A stretch of 32,000 nucleotides of DNA from Alphaproteobacteria bacterium (lineage in GTDB: Bacteria; Pseudomonadota; Alphaproteobacteria; JAJTHO01; CANGYM01). The notes beneath the pieces are model-generated. The model did not search any database, had not been told where the DNA came from, and saw nothing but the letters and a program-made list of their open reading frames with translations. Within the stretch, counting starts at the first letter, position 1. Each line of letters starts with the position of its first letter. The stretch is from NCBI GenBank assembly GCA_947458145.1, contig CANGYM010000003.1:6415-38414 (forward strand). The letters run 5' to 3'. A program made the position numbers and the translations under genes. Shown piece by piece: positions 19,764 to 27,564 of this stretch.

Positions 19764-20297
19764 ATGTCCCGCGTAGGAAAGCATCCGGTTATTGTTCCTA
19801 AAGACTGCTCCGTTTCCCTTAATCAGGGCATTTTGTCCGTAAAGGGGAAGCTTGGTGATTTATCCCTATCTGTGCCCCAAGGGGTTGAGGTGGCCATTAA
19901 CGATAATTTGATTACCGTTAAGCCCTCTTCTGCCAGCAAGCAAAGCCGCGCTCTGTGGGGGACCATTCGGGCCCGCATTCAGGGTATGGTTGTGGGTACC
20001 ACCGTTGGCTTTACCAAGACTTTGGAATTGGTAGGTGTTGGGTATCGTGCGGCCCTGAAGGGCAATGCCATTGATCTGCAGCTCGGTTTCAGTCACCCTG
20101 TCTTGTTTGATCTGCCTGCCGGTGTGACGGCCAAGTGCGAGAAGCCAACGAGCATTCAATTGCACAGTTATGATAAGCAAATTGTTGGTCAGGTTGCGGC
20201 CAAAATTCGTTCTCTTCGTTCCCCTGAGCCCTATAAGGGCAAGGGTGTCCGCTATGAAGGTGAGATTGTTTTGCGTAAAGAAGGGAAAAAGAAGTAG
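19764..20297 (+). CDS. rplF: 50S ribosomal protein L6
   Basis: MSRVGKHPVIVP... The ATG at 19764 follows GGAG at 19751-19754. The track ORF starts at an upstream GTG (19749). Confidence 0.96.
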   Translation: MSRVGKHPVIVPKDCSVSLNQGILSVKGKLGDLSLSVPQGVEVAINDNLITVKPSSASKQSRALWGTIRARIQGMVVGTTVGFTKTLELVGVGYRAALKGNAIDLQLGFSHPVLFDLPAGVTAKCEKPTSIQLHSYDKQIVGQVAAKIRSLRSPEPYKGKGVRYEGEIVLRKEGKKK

Positions 20298-20306
20298 GTT
20301 TGCATC

Positions 20307-20681
20307 ATGGCTAAGAAAATATCTTCTTTTGAAAAACGTCGGGCGCGTGTTCGCAGTCAGTTAAAGACTTGTGCCACGGCACCCCATCGTTTGAGCGTTT
20401 ACCGCTCTAACACATCTCTGTATGCCCAAGTGATCGACATGACGTCGGGTCACGTGGTGGCTTCTGCCTGTTCTAGGGATGAAGAGTTTAAAAACAATCA
20501 GGCTGCGCCCCAAAAACGTTCTGTGAATGTGGCCTCATGCAAAGAGGTTGGGGTTCTTTTGGCCAAGCGTGCCTTGGAAAAAAACGTAAGCAAGGTGTAT
20601 TTTGATCGCAGCGGTTATCGCTATCACGGACGCGTCAAATCCCTGGCTGAGGGCGCCCGTGAAGGCGGTTTATTATTTTAG
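20307..20681 (+). CDS. rplR: 50S ribosomal protein L18
   Basis: [10 protein letters not shown]...[17 protein letters not shown]...[26 protein letters not shown]. Confidence 0.96.
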   Translation: MAKKISSFEKRRARVRSQLKTCATAPHRLSVYRSNTSLYAQVIDMTSGHVVASACSRDEEFKNNQAAPQKRSVNVASCKEVGVLLAKRALEKNVSKVYFDRSGYRYHGRVKSLAEGAREGGLLF

Positions 20682-20698
20682 GAAAAACGGAAAGCCTT

Positions 20699-21250
20699 AT
20701 GGATTATATCGAAAAACTGGTTGCCATTAACCGTGTGGCCAAGGTTGTTAAAGGGGGCCGTAAGTTCGCCTTCGCCGCCCTTGTGGTTGTGGGCGATGGT
20801 CAAGGCCGCGTGGGTTATGGCTCTGGTAAGGCCAAAGAGGTTCCTGAGGCCATGAAAAAAGCCATTGAAAGCGCCAAGAAAAATATGGTTCGCATCAATC
20901 TGCGTGAGGGCCGTACCCTGCATCATGATGTTGTGGGTCGCTTTGGATCGGGCCGCATTACCCTGCGCAGTGCCCCTGCGGGTACGGGAATTATTGCCGG
21001 TGGTCCGTCGCGGGCTGTGTTCGAGGCTTTGGGGGTTCACGATGTTGTGGCCAAATCTTTGGGATCATCCAACCCTTATAACATGATTCGGGCCACCTTG
21101 GCCGGATTGACGGAAACGACAGCCCCCAAGCTGGTGGCGGCCAAGCGGGATTTGAAAATTGGTGACCTCGTTCGTCGCCGTGGTGATAGCAAAGATCAGC
21201 AAGATCAAGATCAGGAGCATGGTTATGGAAACGACAGCCACGAAGCGTAA
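20699..21250 (+). CDS. rpsE: 30S ribosomal protein S5 (with acidic C-terminal tail)
   Basis: [46 protein letters not shown]. The C-terminal [21 protein letters not shown] is an add-on. Confidence 0.96.
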   Translation: MDYIEKLVAINRVAKVVKGGRKFAFAALVVVGDGQGRVGYGSGKAKEVPEAMKKAIESAKKNMVRINLREGRTLHHDVVGRFGSGRITLRSAPAGTGIIAGGPSRAVFEALGVHDVVAKSLGSSNPYNMIRATLAGLTETTAPKLVAAKRDLKIGDLVRRRGDSKDQQDQDQEHGYGNDSHEA

Positions 21251-21530
21251 AGCGACACCGGCCCAAAAGAAAGATTCTGCGGTGGCCCCTAAGGCTGTTT
21301 CCAAAAAATCCTCTTCTCAGAAAGCGGCTGCAGAGACATCCTCTACTTTGCGCTTGACCCAGCTTCGCAGTTTTTTTGGTATCTTGCCGAAACAGCAGGC
21401 CTGTTTGATTGGTTTGGGCCTGAGAAAAATCCATTCCACATCCGTGGTTCAGGACACCCCGTCTGTGCGCGGGATGATTACCAAAGTTCGTCATTTAATT
21501 CGTGTTGAGGATGGTTCTGTATGCAACTAA
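21225..21530 (+). CDS. rpmD: 50S ribosomal protein L30, apparently with a ~41-aa Lys/Ala/Ser-rich N-terminal extension
   Basis: The canonical L30 core [54 protein letters not shown] occupies the last ~60 codons. The frame stays open upstream to ATG 21225, which sits 7 nt behind AGGAG (21213-21217) and inside the rpsE 3' end. An alternative start is the in-frame TTG at 21348. Confidence 0.85.
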   Translation: METTATKRKATPAQKKDSAVAPKAVSKKSSSQKAAAETSSTLRLTQLRSFFGILPKQQACLIGLGLRKIHSTSVVQDTPSVRGMITKVRHLIRVEDGSVCN

Positions 21531-21991
21531 ACGCTGTTCGGGATAACAAAGGCGCCCGTCGCGGCCTGATGCGCGTGGGTCGTGGTATTGGAAGCGGCAA
21601 AGGCAAAACCTGTGGTCGTGGTGGTAAAGGTCAGACGGCCCGTACCGGTGTTGCCATCAATGGGTTTGAGGGTGGGCAGATGCCCCTTCACCGCCGTTTG
21701 CCGAAAAAGGGATTCACCAACATTTTTAAAAAACAGTACGCTGTTGTGAATGTGGGCACCCTTCAGGCTGCCATAGCCACTGGTCGTTTGGATGTTTCCC
21801 AAACCGTGACCACTGCGGATCTTGTGCGCTTGGGCATCGCCTCCAAAGCCACCCACGGTCTTCGGGTTTTAAGCCAAGGTGAGATCACAACAAAAATCAC
21901 CCTGAACATTCAGGGCGTATCCCAATCGGCCCTGAAGAAAATTGAGGCTGCCGGCGGATCTGTGGTTGTTGAGGCTTTGTTGGGACGTTAA
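21521..21991 (+). CDS. rplO: 50S ribosomal protein L15
   Basis: [26 protein letters not shown]...[19 protein letters not shown] 10-nt overlap links it to rpmD. Confidence 0.97.
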   Translation: MQLNAVRDNKGARRGLMRVGRGIGSGKGKTCGRGGKGQTARTGVAINGFEGGQMPLHRRLPKKGFTNIFKKQYAVVNVGTLQAAIATGRLDVSQTVTTADLVRLGIASKATHGLRVLSQGEITTKITLNIQGVSQSALKKIEAAGGSVVVEALLGR

Positions 21992-22104
21992 GGATACGTT
22001 CTAAGGAGTGCTCTGAAGAAACCCTTTCGGGGGACTGGGGCTGCTGTTTTACTCCCTGTTTCTCCTCCCGTTGTCTGGTCTGTTTTTTAGCTTGTGTGCG
22101 CTGA

Positions 22105-23145
22105 TCAAGACGGAGTGAAATGGTGGGCCGTGCGTTTTGACAGTGCCACCAGGGACAGCATGACAGGAACCTCCACCAGAACGCCCACCACCGTTGCCAA
22201 AGCTGCCCCCGAGTGAAGACCAAACAGACTGATGGCCACAGCCACGGCTAGCTCAAAAAAATTTGATGTGCCAATTAACGCGGCGGGTGCGGCTACATTA
22301 AAGGGCACACGCCACATATAAGCCCACCCGTAGGCGATGAAAAAGATACCATAGCTTTGAATCAATAAGGGTATGGCAATCAAGGCAATCACTACCGGTT
22401 GATCCAAAAGGGTTTGCGCCTGCAACCCGAACAACAACACCACCATCCACAAAAGCCCAAGCATAGCATAGGGCTTACAGCGGGTGATAAAATGATGTGT
22501 CGCCTCTATCCCTTGATGGCGGTGTAGGTGGTGTCGTGTGGCCGCTCCGGCCAGCAGAGGTATCAGCACATACAGGGCCACTGATAATAACAATGTTTCC
22601 CATGGAACCACCACGTCGGTTACCCCCAACAGCAAGGCAACCAAAGGCGCAAAAGCCACCACCATAATTAAATCGTTCACAGACACTTGGACCAGAGTGT
22701 AAGTGGCATCGCCTTTGACCATCTGGCTCCAGACAAACACCATCGCCGTGCATGGGGCAACACCCAAAAGGATCATGCCGGCAATGTATTCTTGTGCGGA
22801 TTCTGCACTGACCCAATCGGCAAACAGATGTTCAAAAAACAACAGACCCAGAGCGGTCATGGTTAAGGGTTTGATCAGCCAGTTGACCATCAAGGTGATG
22901 CACAATCCTTTGGGTTTTCTGCCCACATCTTTGATGCAGGAAAAATCCACCCCCACCATCATCGGATAAATCATAGCCCATATCAGAACCGCCACCACCA
23001 GATTGACATGGGCATATTCCAACGCTGCAATCCCCTGAAACAAGGCGGGAAACAACACACCCAACCCCACGCCCCCCATCATACCCATAGCAATCCATAG
23101 GGAAAGATACCGCTCAAAAATACCAAGAGGGGAAGGTGCGCTCAT
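22105..23145 (-). CDS. acr3: ACR3-family arsenite efflux transporter
   Basis: 346 aa and polytopic. [13 protein letters not shown] and the GVAPCTAMV block with the conserved Cys are present. [15 protein letters not shown] is typical of ACR3/ArsB (Bacillus-type) permeases. Confidence 0.9.
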   Translation of the reverse strand: MSAPSPLGIFERYLSLWIAMGMMGGVGLGVLFPALFQGIAALEYAHVNLVVAVLIWAMIYPMMVGVDFSCIKDVGRKPKGLCITLMVNWLIKPLTMTALGLLFFEHLFADWVSAESAQEYIAGMILLGVAPCTAMVFVWSQMVKGDATYTLVQVSVNDLIMVVAFAPLVALLLGVTDVVVPWETLLLSVALYVLIPLLAGAATRHHLHRHQGIEATHHFITRCKPYAMLGLLWMVVLLFGLQAQTLLDQPVVIALIAIPLLIQSYGIFFIAYGWAYMWRVPFNVAAPAALIGTSNFFELAVAVAISLFGLHSGAALATVVGVLVEVPVMLSLVALSKRTAHHFTPS

Positions 23146-23163
23146 AACATTCCTGTTTCTGGT

Positions 23164-23607
23164 TTAATCTTGGCCAAGGGATTGGCATTGTTCATAAGTC
23201 AGATCGGACTGTCCTAAAGCCAACAAGGCTTGTGCCCGACGTTTCAAGGTTTGGAAAACGGCTTCGAAATCAGCTTTGGTCCCCTTGGCAGGATCCGGCA
23301 CGCCCCAGTGAAGGTGCAGCGGGGCGCCTATGAACACAGGGCATGTTTCCCCCGCGGCGTCATTACAAACCGTGATGACCATATCCAAAGGATGATTGGT
23401 GAATTCATCCCACGATTGGCTTTTGGGGTTCTCTGGAACAATGCCGTGCTGTGCCAGCGTTTCTAAACTGAGGGGATGAACATAGCCAGCTGGCTGACTG
23501 CCTGCACTGACGGCCCGAACGCGCCCTGCGCCATAATGGTTCAAAATGGCCTCCAACATAATAGAGCGACAGCTGTTGCCTGTGCAGAGCACCAAGATGT
23601 TCAGCAT
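23164..23607 (-). CDS. arsC: arsenate reductase, LMW-PTP (thioredoxin-coupled) type
   Basis: 147 aa. The P-loop is LCTGNSCRS. The downstream Cys pair VCNDAAGETCP is spaced as in the pI258-type ArsC Cys82/Cys89. The gene lies 18 nt upstream of acr3. Confidence 0.88.
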   Translation of the reverse strand: MLNILVLCTGNSCRSIMLEAILNHYGAGRVRAVSAGSQPAGYVHPLSLETLAQHGIVPENPKSQSWDEFTNHPLDMVITVCNDAAGETCPVFIGAPLHLHWGVPDPAKGTKADFEAVFQTLKRRAQALLALGQSDLTYEQCQSLGQD

Positions 23608-23680
23608 TGTGGGGTACCTTTTTCAGCAGTTATCCGTTTGTTTATAATGATGAATTCCCATTTGAATGGTTTATCAAAGG

Positions 23681-25063
23681 CTACAGTTTCTTTTTCTTAT
23701 CTCTGGCCGTTTTCTGGGCTTGGCGTAGGTCCTGAAGCTTGATCCATCCATCATCCCCTTCTTTCAGGGTTAGGGCCGCCCGTTGGATGTGGATGTCCAC
23801 TTGTTTGAGGTCATTGCCCAAAAGGGCGATTTCGGCCAAGGAAAGCTCGGCCATCCCCTTTTTCCCCAAACCGGCCTGCGCAATGCTGAGGGATCGCCAT
23901 GCCAAGGCGTTGTAGGGTTCTTTTTGGGCGACAAATCCCAAATGCTCTTCGGCGCTGCGGTAAAGGCCTTTTTTCTTGGCATCGTCGGTTTCTTTTTTGG
24001 CCCGATTCACATAGGCGTTCCCCAAAGACAGGCGGATGAGGGCATCAAAGGGAAGGGCCTGATAGGCCTTTTGATAGGCCGCAAAGCTTTTGTCTTCGTG
24101 ACCATTCATGGCCTCAAGCTGTCCGATGGTATCATAAAGATAAAAATGCCAAGGGTAAGCGGTCAGAAGCGCCTGCATCCCAGCACGTCCCTGATCCACC
24201 AGATGCTGCCGATAATCCCCTATGGCGCGGGCATAGCGGACATCTAGGACGTCTTTTGATGTGGGCAGGGCTTTTAAATCGCTTTCCCTCGTCAAAAAGC
24301 CCGTTAATTTTCCCCGCACAAAAGAAAGCTGGTCATCCTGACGCTGGGTGCTGCGCGTGCCGCGATGGGGGGATTGGGCAATGGCTTTTTCTAAAAAATG
24401 CAGTCGCTCGGTGTCTGTGGGGTGGGTGCGCATATAGGGGCTTCCCTCTTCCCGCCATTGGTTAGAAATGGATAGGGTATTGAGGAAATCATAAAGCCCC
24501 TCAGGGGACAGCTTTAACCGCTCTAAAATCGTCACGGCGGCGGCATCTGCCGCGCGTTCTTGGGTGCGGGTGTATTGCAGAAAATTTTGCAGCGTCAACT
24601 GGGCGCCGGCGGCTAAAATCAGAAATCCCATTTCCGGATTGTTCAAAAGAAGCGCGCTGGTCAAAACATAGCTTAAAATTTGGGGCGTGCTCAGTTTATC
24701 CAGCTGATCCTGTGTGCGGGCCAGATGGCCGCCGGAAATATGCCCCACTTCGTGGGCAATGACACCGATCACTTCGTCGGCGCGTTTGGCTTTGGTCAAA
24801 AGACCCGTGTGGAAAAAGATATTTTGCCCCCCCGCCACAAACGCATTCAGTGAGGGATCATTGACAATAAAAATGCGAATGCTTTGGGGGTGCAGCCCTG
24901 CGGCCTCAAAAACCGGCGTGGAAAAATCGCGCAAAACAGATTCCACTTCTGCATCCCGAATCAGGCTTGGCCCCCCCCCCGCTTGTGCCGCCAAAAAAGG
25001 GGTGGCGATCAGCAGAAGCATCATCCCAAAAACAACGAAAAACCTGCTAAAGCAACGCATCAA
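23681..25063 (-). CDS. M48-family periplasmic zinc metalloprotease with C-terminal TPR domain (BepA/YfgC-like)
   Basis: 460 aa with an N-terminal signal peptide. The HExxH motif is in VIAHEVGHISGGHLAR. The helical-repeat C-terminal half has TPR-like A/Y/L spacing. Its start overlaps the PBP1A stop by 4 nt. Confidence 0.8.
   Translation of the reverse strand: MMRCFSRFFVVFGMMLLLIATPFLAAQAGGGPSLIRDAEVESVLRDFSTPVFEAAGLHPQSIRIFIVNDPSLNAFVAGGQNIFFHTGLLTKAKRADEVIGVIAHEVGHISGGHLARTQDQLDKLSTPQILSYVLTSALLLNNPEMGFLILAAGAQLTLQNFLQYTRTQERAADAAAVTILERLKLSPEGLYDFLNTLSISNQWREEGSPYMRTHPTDTERLHFLEKAIAQSPHRGTRSTQRQDDQLSFVRGKLTGFLTRESDLKALPTSKDVLDVRYARAIGDYRQHLVDQGRAGMQALLTAYPWHFYLYDTIGQLEAMNGHEDKSFAAYQKAYQALPFDALIRLSLGNAYVNRAKKETDDAKKKGLYRSAEEHLGFVAQKEPYNALAWRSLSIAQAGLGKKGMAELSLAEIALLGNDLKQVDIHIQRAALTLKEGDDGWIKLQDLRQAQKTARDKKKKL
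24971..24980. repeat. C10 (coding-strand G10) homopolymer inside the M48 protease gene
   Basis: Counted directly: ten consecutive C on the plus strand. It encodes A-G-G-G-P at residues 28-32, around the predicted signal-peptide cleavage region (AAQA/GGGP). It is the longest G/C run I saw in the window. Confidence 0.95.
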
Positions 25064-27561
25064 TAGATTCCATCCAGACTCTCAGGGGATTCCCCGCTGC
25101 CATCCAAAGAAGGCCCCGTGCTGTCCCCGGGGACTTCCACGGTTTTTTGTTCCAAATCCTGACCGGGGATAAAGGCCTCAATAATGCTGCCTGGTGTGTC
25201 TGGTGGTACCACCACACCTGAGTGCAAATCGGTGGACACCAAACGAATACCAGAGGGCATCCGAAACGGCACAGAGGGCATGGTGGGCAAAATGGTTTTC
25301 ATAAAATCAATAAACACGGGCACCGCCACGTTGCCGCCGGTTTCTTTGCGGCCCAAGGTTTGGGGTTGATCGTATCCGTAATAAATTCCCACCACCAAAT
25401 CGGGGGAAAAGCCCAAAAACCAAACATCGCGGCTATCGTTGGTGGTTCCCGTTTTTCCCGCCAAAGCATAACCCGGAAACGTCGCGCCAATTTTGGCCCC
25501 CGTTCCCCGTGCCACAACCCCGCTGAGGATATTCACAACCTGATACACTTGGCGGGGATCCGCCAAAGTTTCCCGATCATCAGGCAACAGGGGGGGGGCC
25601 TGATCTTGCCAAGTTTGATTCAAACAGGAATCACAGGGGCGATTGTCGTGACGAAAGATCGTTTTTCCATAACGATCTTGGATCCGGTCCACCAAAGATG
25701 GGCGGATTTTTTTGCCCCCATTCACCAGCTCGCCGTAGGCCTGAGTCATTTTCAAAAGTGTGGTTTCGTTGGATCCCAAGACTGAAGAATAATAAGGGGG
25801 CATTTTATCGTAAATCCCAAACCGGTGGGCAATATCCTGTATGGGCTTTAACCCGATAGCGAGGGCCAAACGTACAGTCATCAGGTTACGCGAAAGTTCC
25901 ATGCCCCGCCGCAAGGTGGTGAGACCATAAAAATCATCGGAATAATTGCTGGGCCTCCAGATACGGTCCTGATCTGCACCCAAAATCTCCATCACCACCG
26001 GCGCATCCAACAGGCGGCTGTTGGGGGCATAGCCCGATTCCATCGCCGCTAAAGCGACAAAGGGCTTAAACGAAGAGCCAGGTTGCCGCGTGGCCTGCGT
26101 GGCACGGTTAAATTCACTGCCATCAAAGGATGTCCCCCCCACCATGGCGTAAATGCGCCCCGTGTGGGGATCCAGAGCCATCATGGCCCCATTGACTTTG
26201 GGCACCTGCTGAATGGTCCAGGATTCTTGTGTCTGGGTTGTTTGTTCTGTGTCTTTGGTGCTGTCTACGGGGGGCTTAACGGTGTCTTTGGCGATCCAAA
26301 GGATATCCCCCGCAGAGACAATATCTGCAAACGAGGTGATGGAAAGAAACGGCTGATCGGCTTTTTTGGCCACCCGCATTTTCCAAGCCAAGGCTGAACG
26401 GGGTAAGGTTAAGGAACGTCCATCTTCAGTGGCTCCAGAAATAGTTTGTTTTTCAACGGATTGAACATAAAAAAGTGTCCACCCCAAACGTGCGAAAGCA
26501 TGGGCATAGTGCCGCCAGCACAGGGGATTGTTGGGATCATCGCAGTCCGTTGGTAAAGACGCGGCCCGTCCCACCACACCATCCCACGCCCGCGCCCGAC
26601 GATCAAAGGCCACCGCCCCGCGCATGAAGGCCTTTTGCGCCTCTTCCTGCATCATGGGATTTAAGGTTGTTCGCACAGACAATCCGCCTGTATACAGAGC
26701 CTGAGATCCATACCGGTTGACCAAATCGCGACGAATTTCCTCAGAAAAATACGGGGCATCGACATAGGAAAGCGTGAAGGCTTTAGGGGGCAAAAGGGGT
26801 TTTTTTTGATACAAAGCCACATCGTCTGGTTTTAAAACCCCCGTTTCCCCCATGCGGGAGAGAACCCAATTGCGCCTAGCCAGCGCCGCATCGTGGTTTT
26901 TCACAGGGTGATAGTTGCTGGGTGCTTTGGGCAAGGCGGCCAAAAAGGCGGCTTCGTCAGGGGTGAGTTCGGTGAGGGCTTTGCCAAAATATCGCTGCGC
27001 GGCGCTGCCAATGCCATAGCTGCCCAAACCAAAATAAATTTCATTCAGGTACAATTCCAAAATGGTTTCTTTGGACATGGCTTTTTCGATGCGAAAGGCC
27101 ACAATGGCTTCTTTGACTTTGCGCTCTAAGGATTTTTCATTCCCCACCAAAAAGTTTTTGGCCACCTGCTGGGTGATGGTCGATGCCCCCTGACGTCGCC
27201 CCGTATGATTCACCCACGACCAAGCATTCAGGAAAACGGCCCGCGTGACCCCCCGAAAACTGACCCCTTTGTGATGAAAAAAATCCGCGTCTTCGGATGC
27301 CAAAAACGCATGAACCACCAGGGGGGGCATCATGCTATAGGGGACAAAAACACGGCGTTGTTCGGCATATTCCGTGATCATTTGCCCATCGGCGGCATAA
27401 AGGCGCGTCGTGATTTTCGGGGTATACTGTTTCAGGGTTTCATGATCGGGCAAATTTCTGCTGAAATAAACATATCCCACCCCAAGAGCCACCCCCCCCA
27501 CCATCGCCAGAGACAGCATCACAGAAAATGTTAAAATCAAAAAACGGCGCATATTTCGCAT
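25060..27561 (-). CDS. mrcA: penicillin-binding protein 1A (bifunctional transglycosylase/transpeptidase)
   Basis: 833 aa with an N-terminal TM anchor. GT51 motifs are EDADFFHHKGV and RQGASTITQQVAKN. Transpeptidase motifs are SSFKP (SxxK), SRN (SxN) and KTGTT. Confidence 0.92.
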   Translation of the reverse strand: MRNMRRFLILTFSVMLSLAMVGGVALGVGYVYFSRNLPDHETLKQYTPKITTRLYAADGQMITEYAEQRRVFVPYSMMPPLVVHAFLASEDADFFHHKGVSFRGVTRAVFLNAWSWVNHTGRRQGASTITQQVAKNFLVGNEKSLERKVKEAIVAFRIEKAMSKETILELYLNEIYFGLGSYGIGSAAQRYFGKALTELTPDEAAFLAALPKAPSNYHPVKNHDAALARRNWVLSRMGETGVLKPDDVALYQKKPLLPPKAFTLSYVDAPYFSEEIRRDLVNRYGSQALYTGGLSVRTTLNPMMQEEAQKAFMRGAVAFDRRARAWDGVVGRAASLPTDCDDPNNPLCWRHYAHAFARLGWTLFYVQSVEKQTISGATEDGRSLTLPRSALAWKMRVAKKADQPFLSITSFADIVSAGDILWIAKDTVKPPVDSTKDTEQTTQTQESWTIQQVPKVNGAMMALDPHTGRIYAMVGGTSFDGSEFNRATQATRQPGSSFKPFVALAAMESGYAPNSRLLDAPVVMEILGADQDRIWRPSNYSDDFYGLTTLRRGMELSRNLMTVRLALAIGLKPIQDIAHRFGIYDKMPPYYSSVLGSNETTLLKMTQAYGELVNGGKKIRPSLVDRIQDRYGKTIFRHDNRPCDSCLNQTWQDQAPPLLPDDRETLADPRQVYQVVNILSGVVARGTGAKIGATFPGYALAGKTGTTNDSRDVWFLGFSPDLVVGIYYGYDQPQTLGRKETGGNVAVPVFIDFMKTILPTMPSVPFRMPSGIRLVSTDLHSGVVVPPDTPGSIIEAFIPGQDLEQKTVEVPGDSTGPSLDGSGESPESLDGIY

Positions 27562-27564
27562 ACG

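Noticed and set aside
21194-21217. GATCAR micro-repeat (gatcagcaagatcaagatcagga) at the end of rpsE.
   Set aside because: It is only three imperfect 6-9-nt units encoding DQQDQDQ. This is better explained as low-complexity coding sequence than as a functional repeat or Dam-site cluster.
22013-22090. 26-codon CTG-initiated mini-ORF (LKKPFRGTGAAVLLPVSPPVVWSVF) 4 nt behind the AAGGAG motif after rplO.
   Set aside because: It has a CTG start and short spacing, shows no similarity to a SecY N-terminus and cannot be tested for conservation here. I kept only the orphan Shine-Dalgarno motif, as a note in the operon-break finding.
21992-22104. A dif/XerCD site or replication terminus at the point where the long plus-strand and minus-strand gene blocks converge.
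   Set aside because: No sequence resembles the dif core (a central ATAA-N6-TTAT type palindrome) in the spacer. Convergent gene blocks alone are not evidence for a terminus.
22105-23607. arsC-acr3 as a horizontally acquired island or mobile element.
   Set aside because: There are no flanking transposase or integrase genes, tRNA or direct repeats. By eye the base composition and codon style match the neighbours. Only the synteny oddity is reported.
23608-23680. Sigma70-type promoter for arsC: TTGATA and TATAAA-like hexamers on the minus strand.
   Set aside because: Spacing between the candidate -35 and -10 hexamers is about 25 nt or 13 nt rather than 16-18 nt, so no promoter call is justified from sequence alone.
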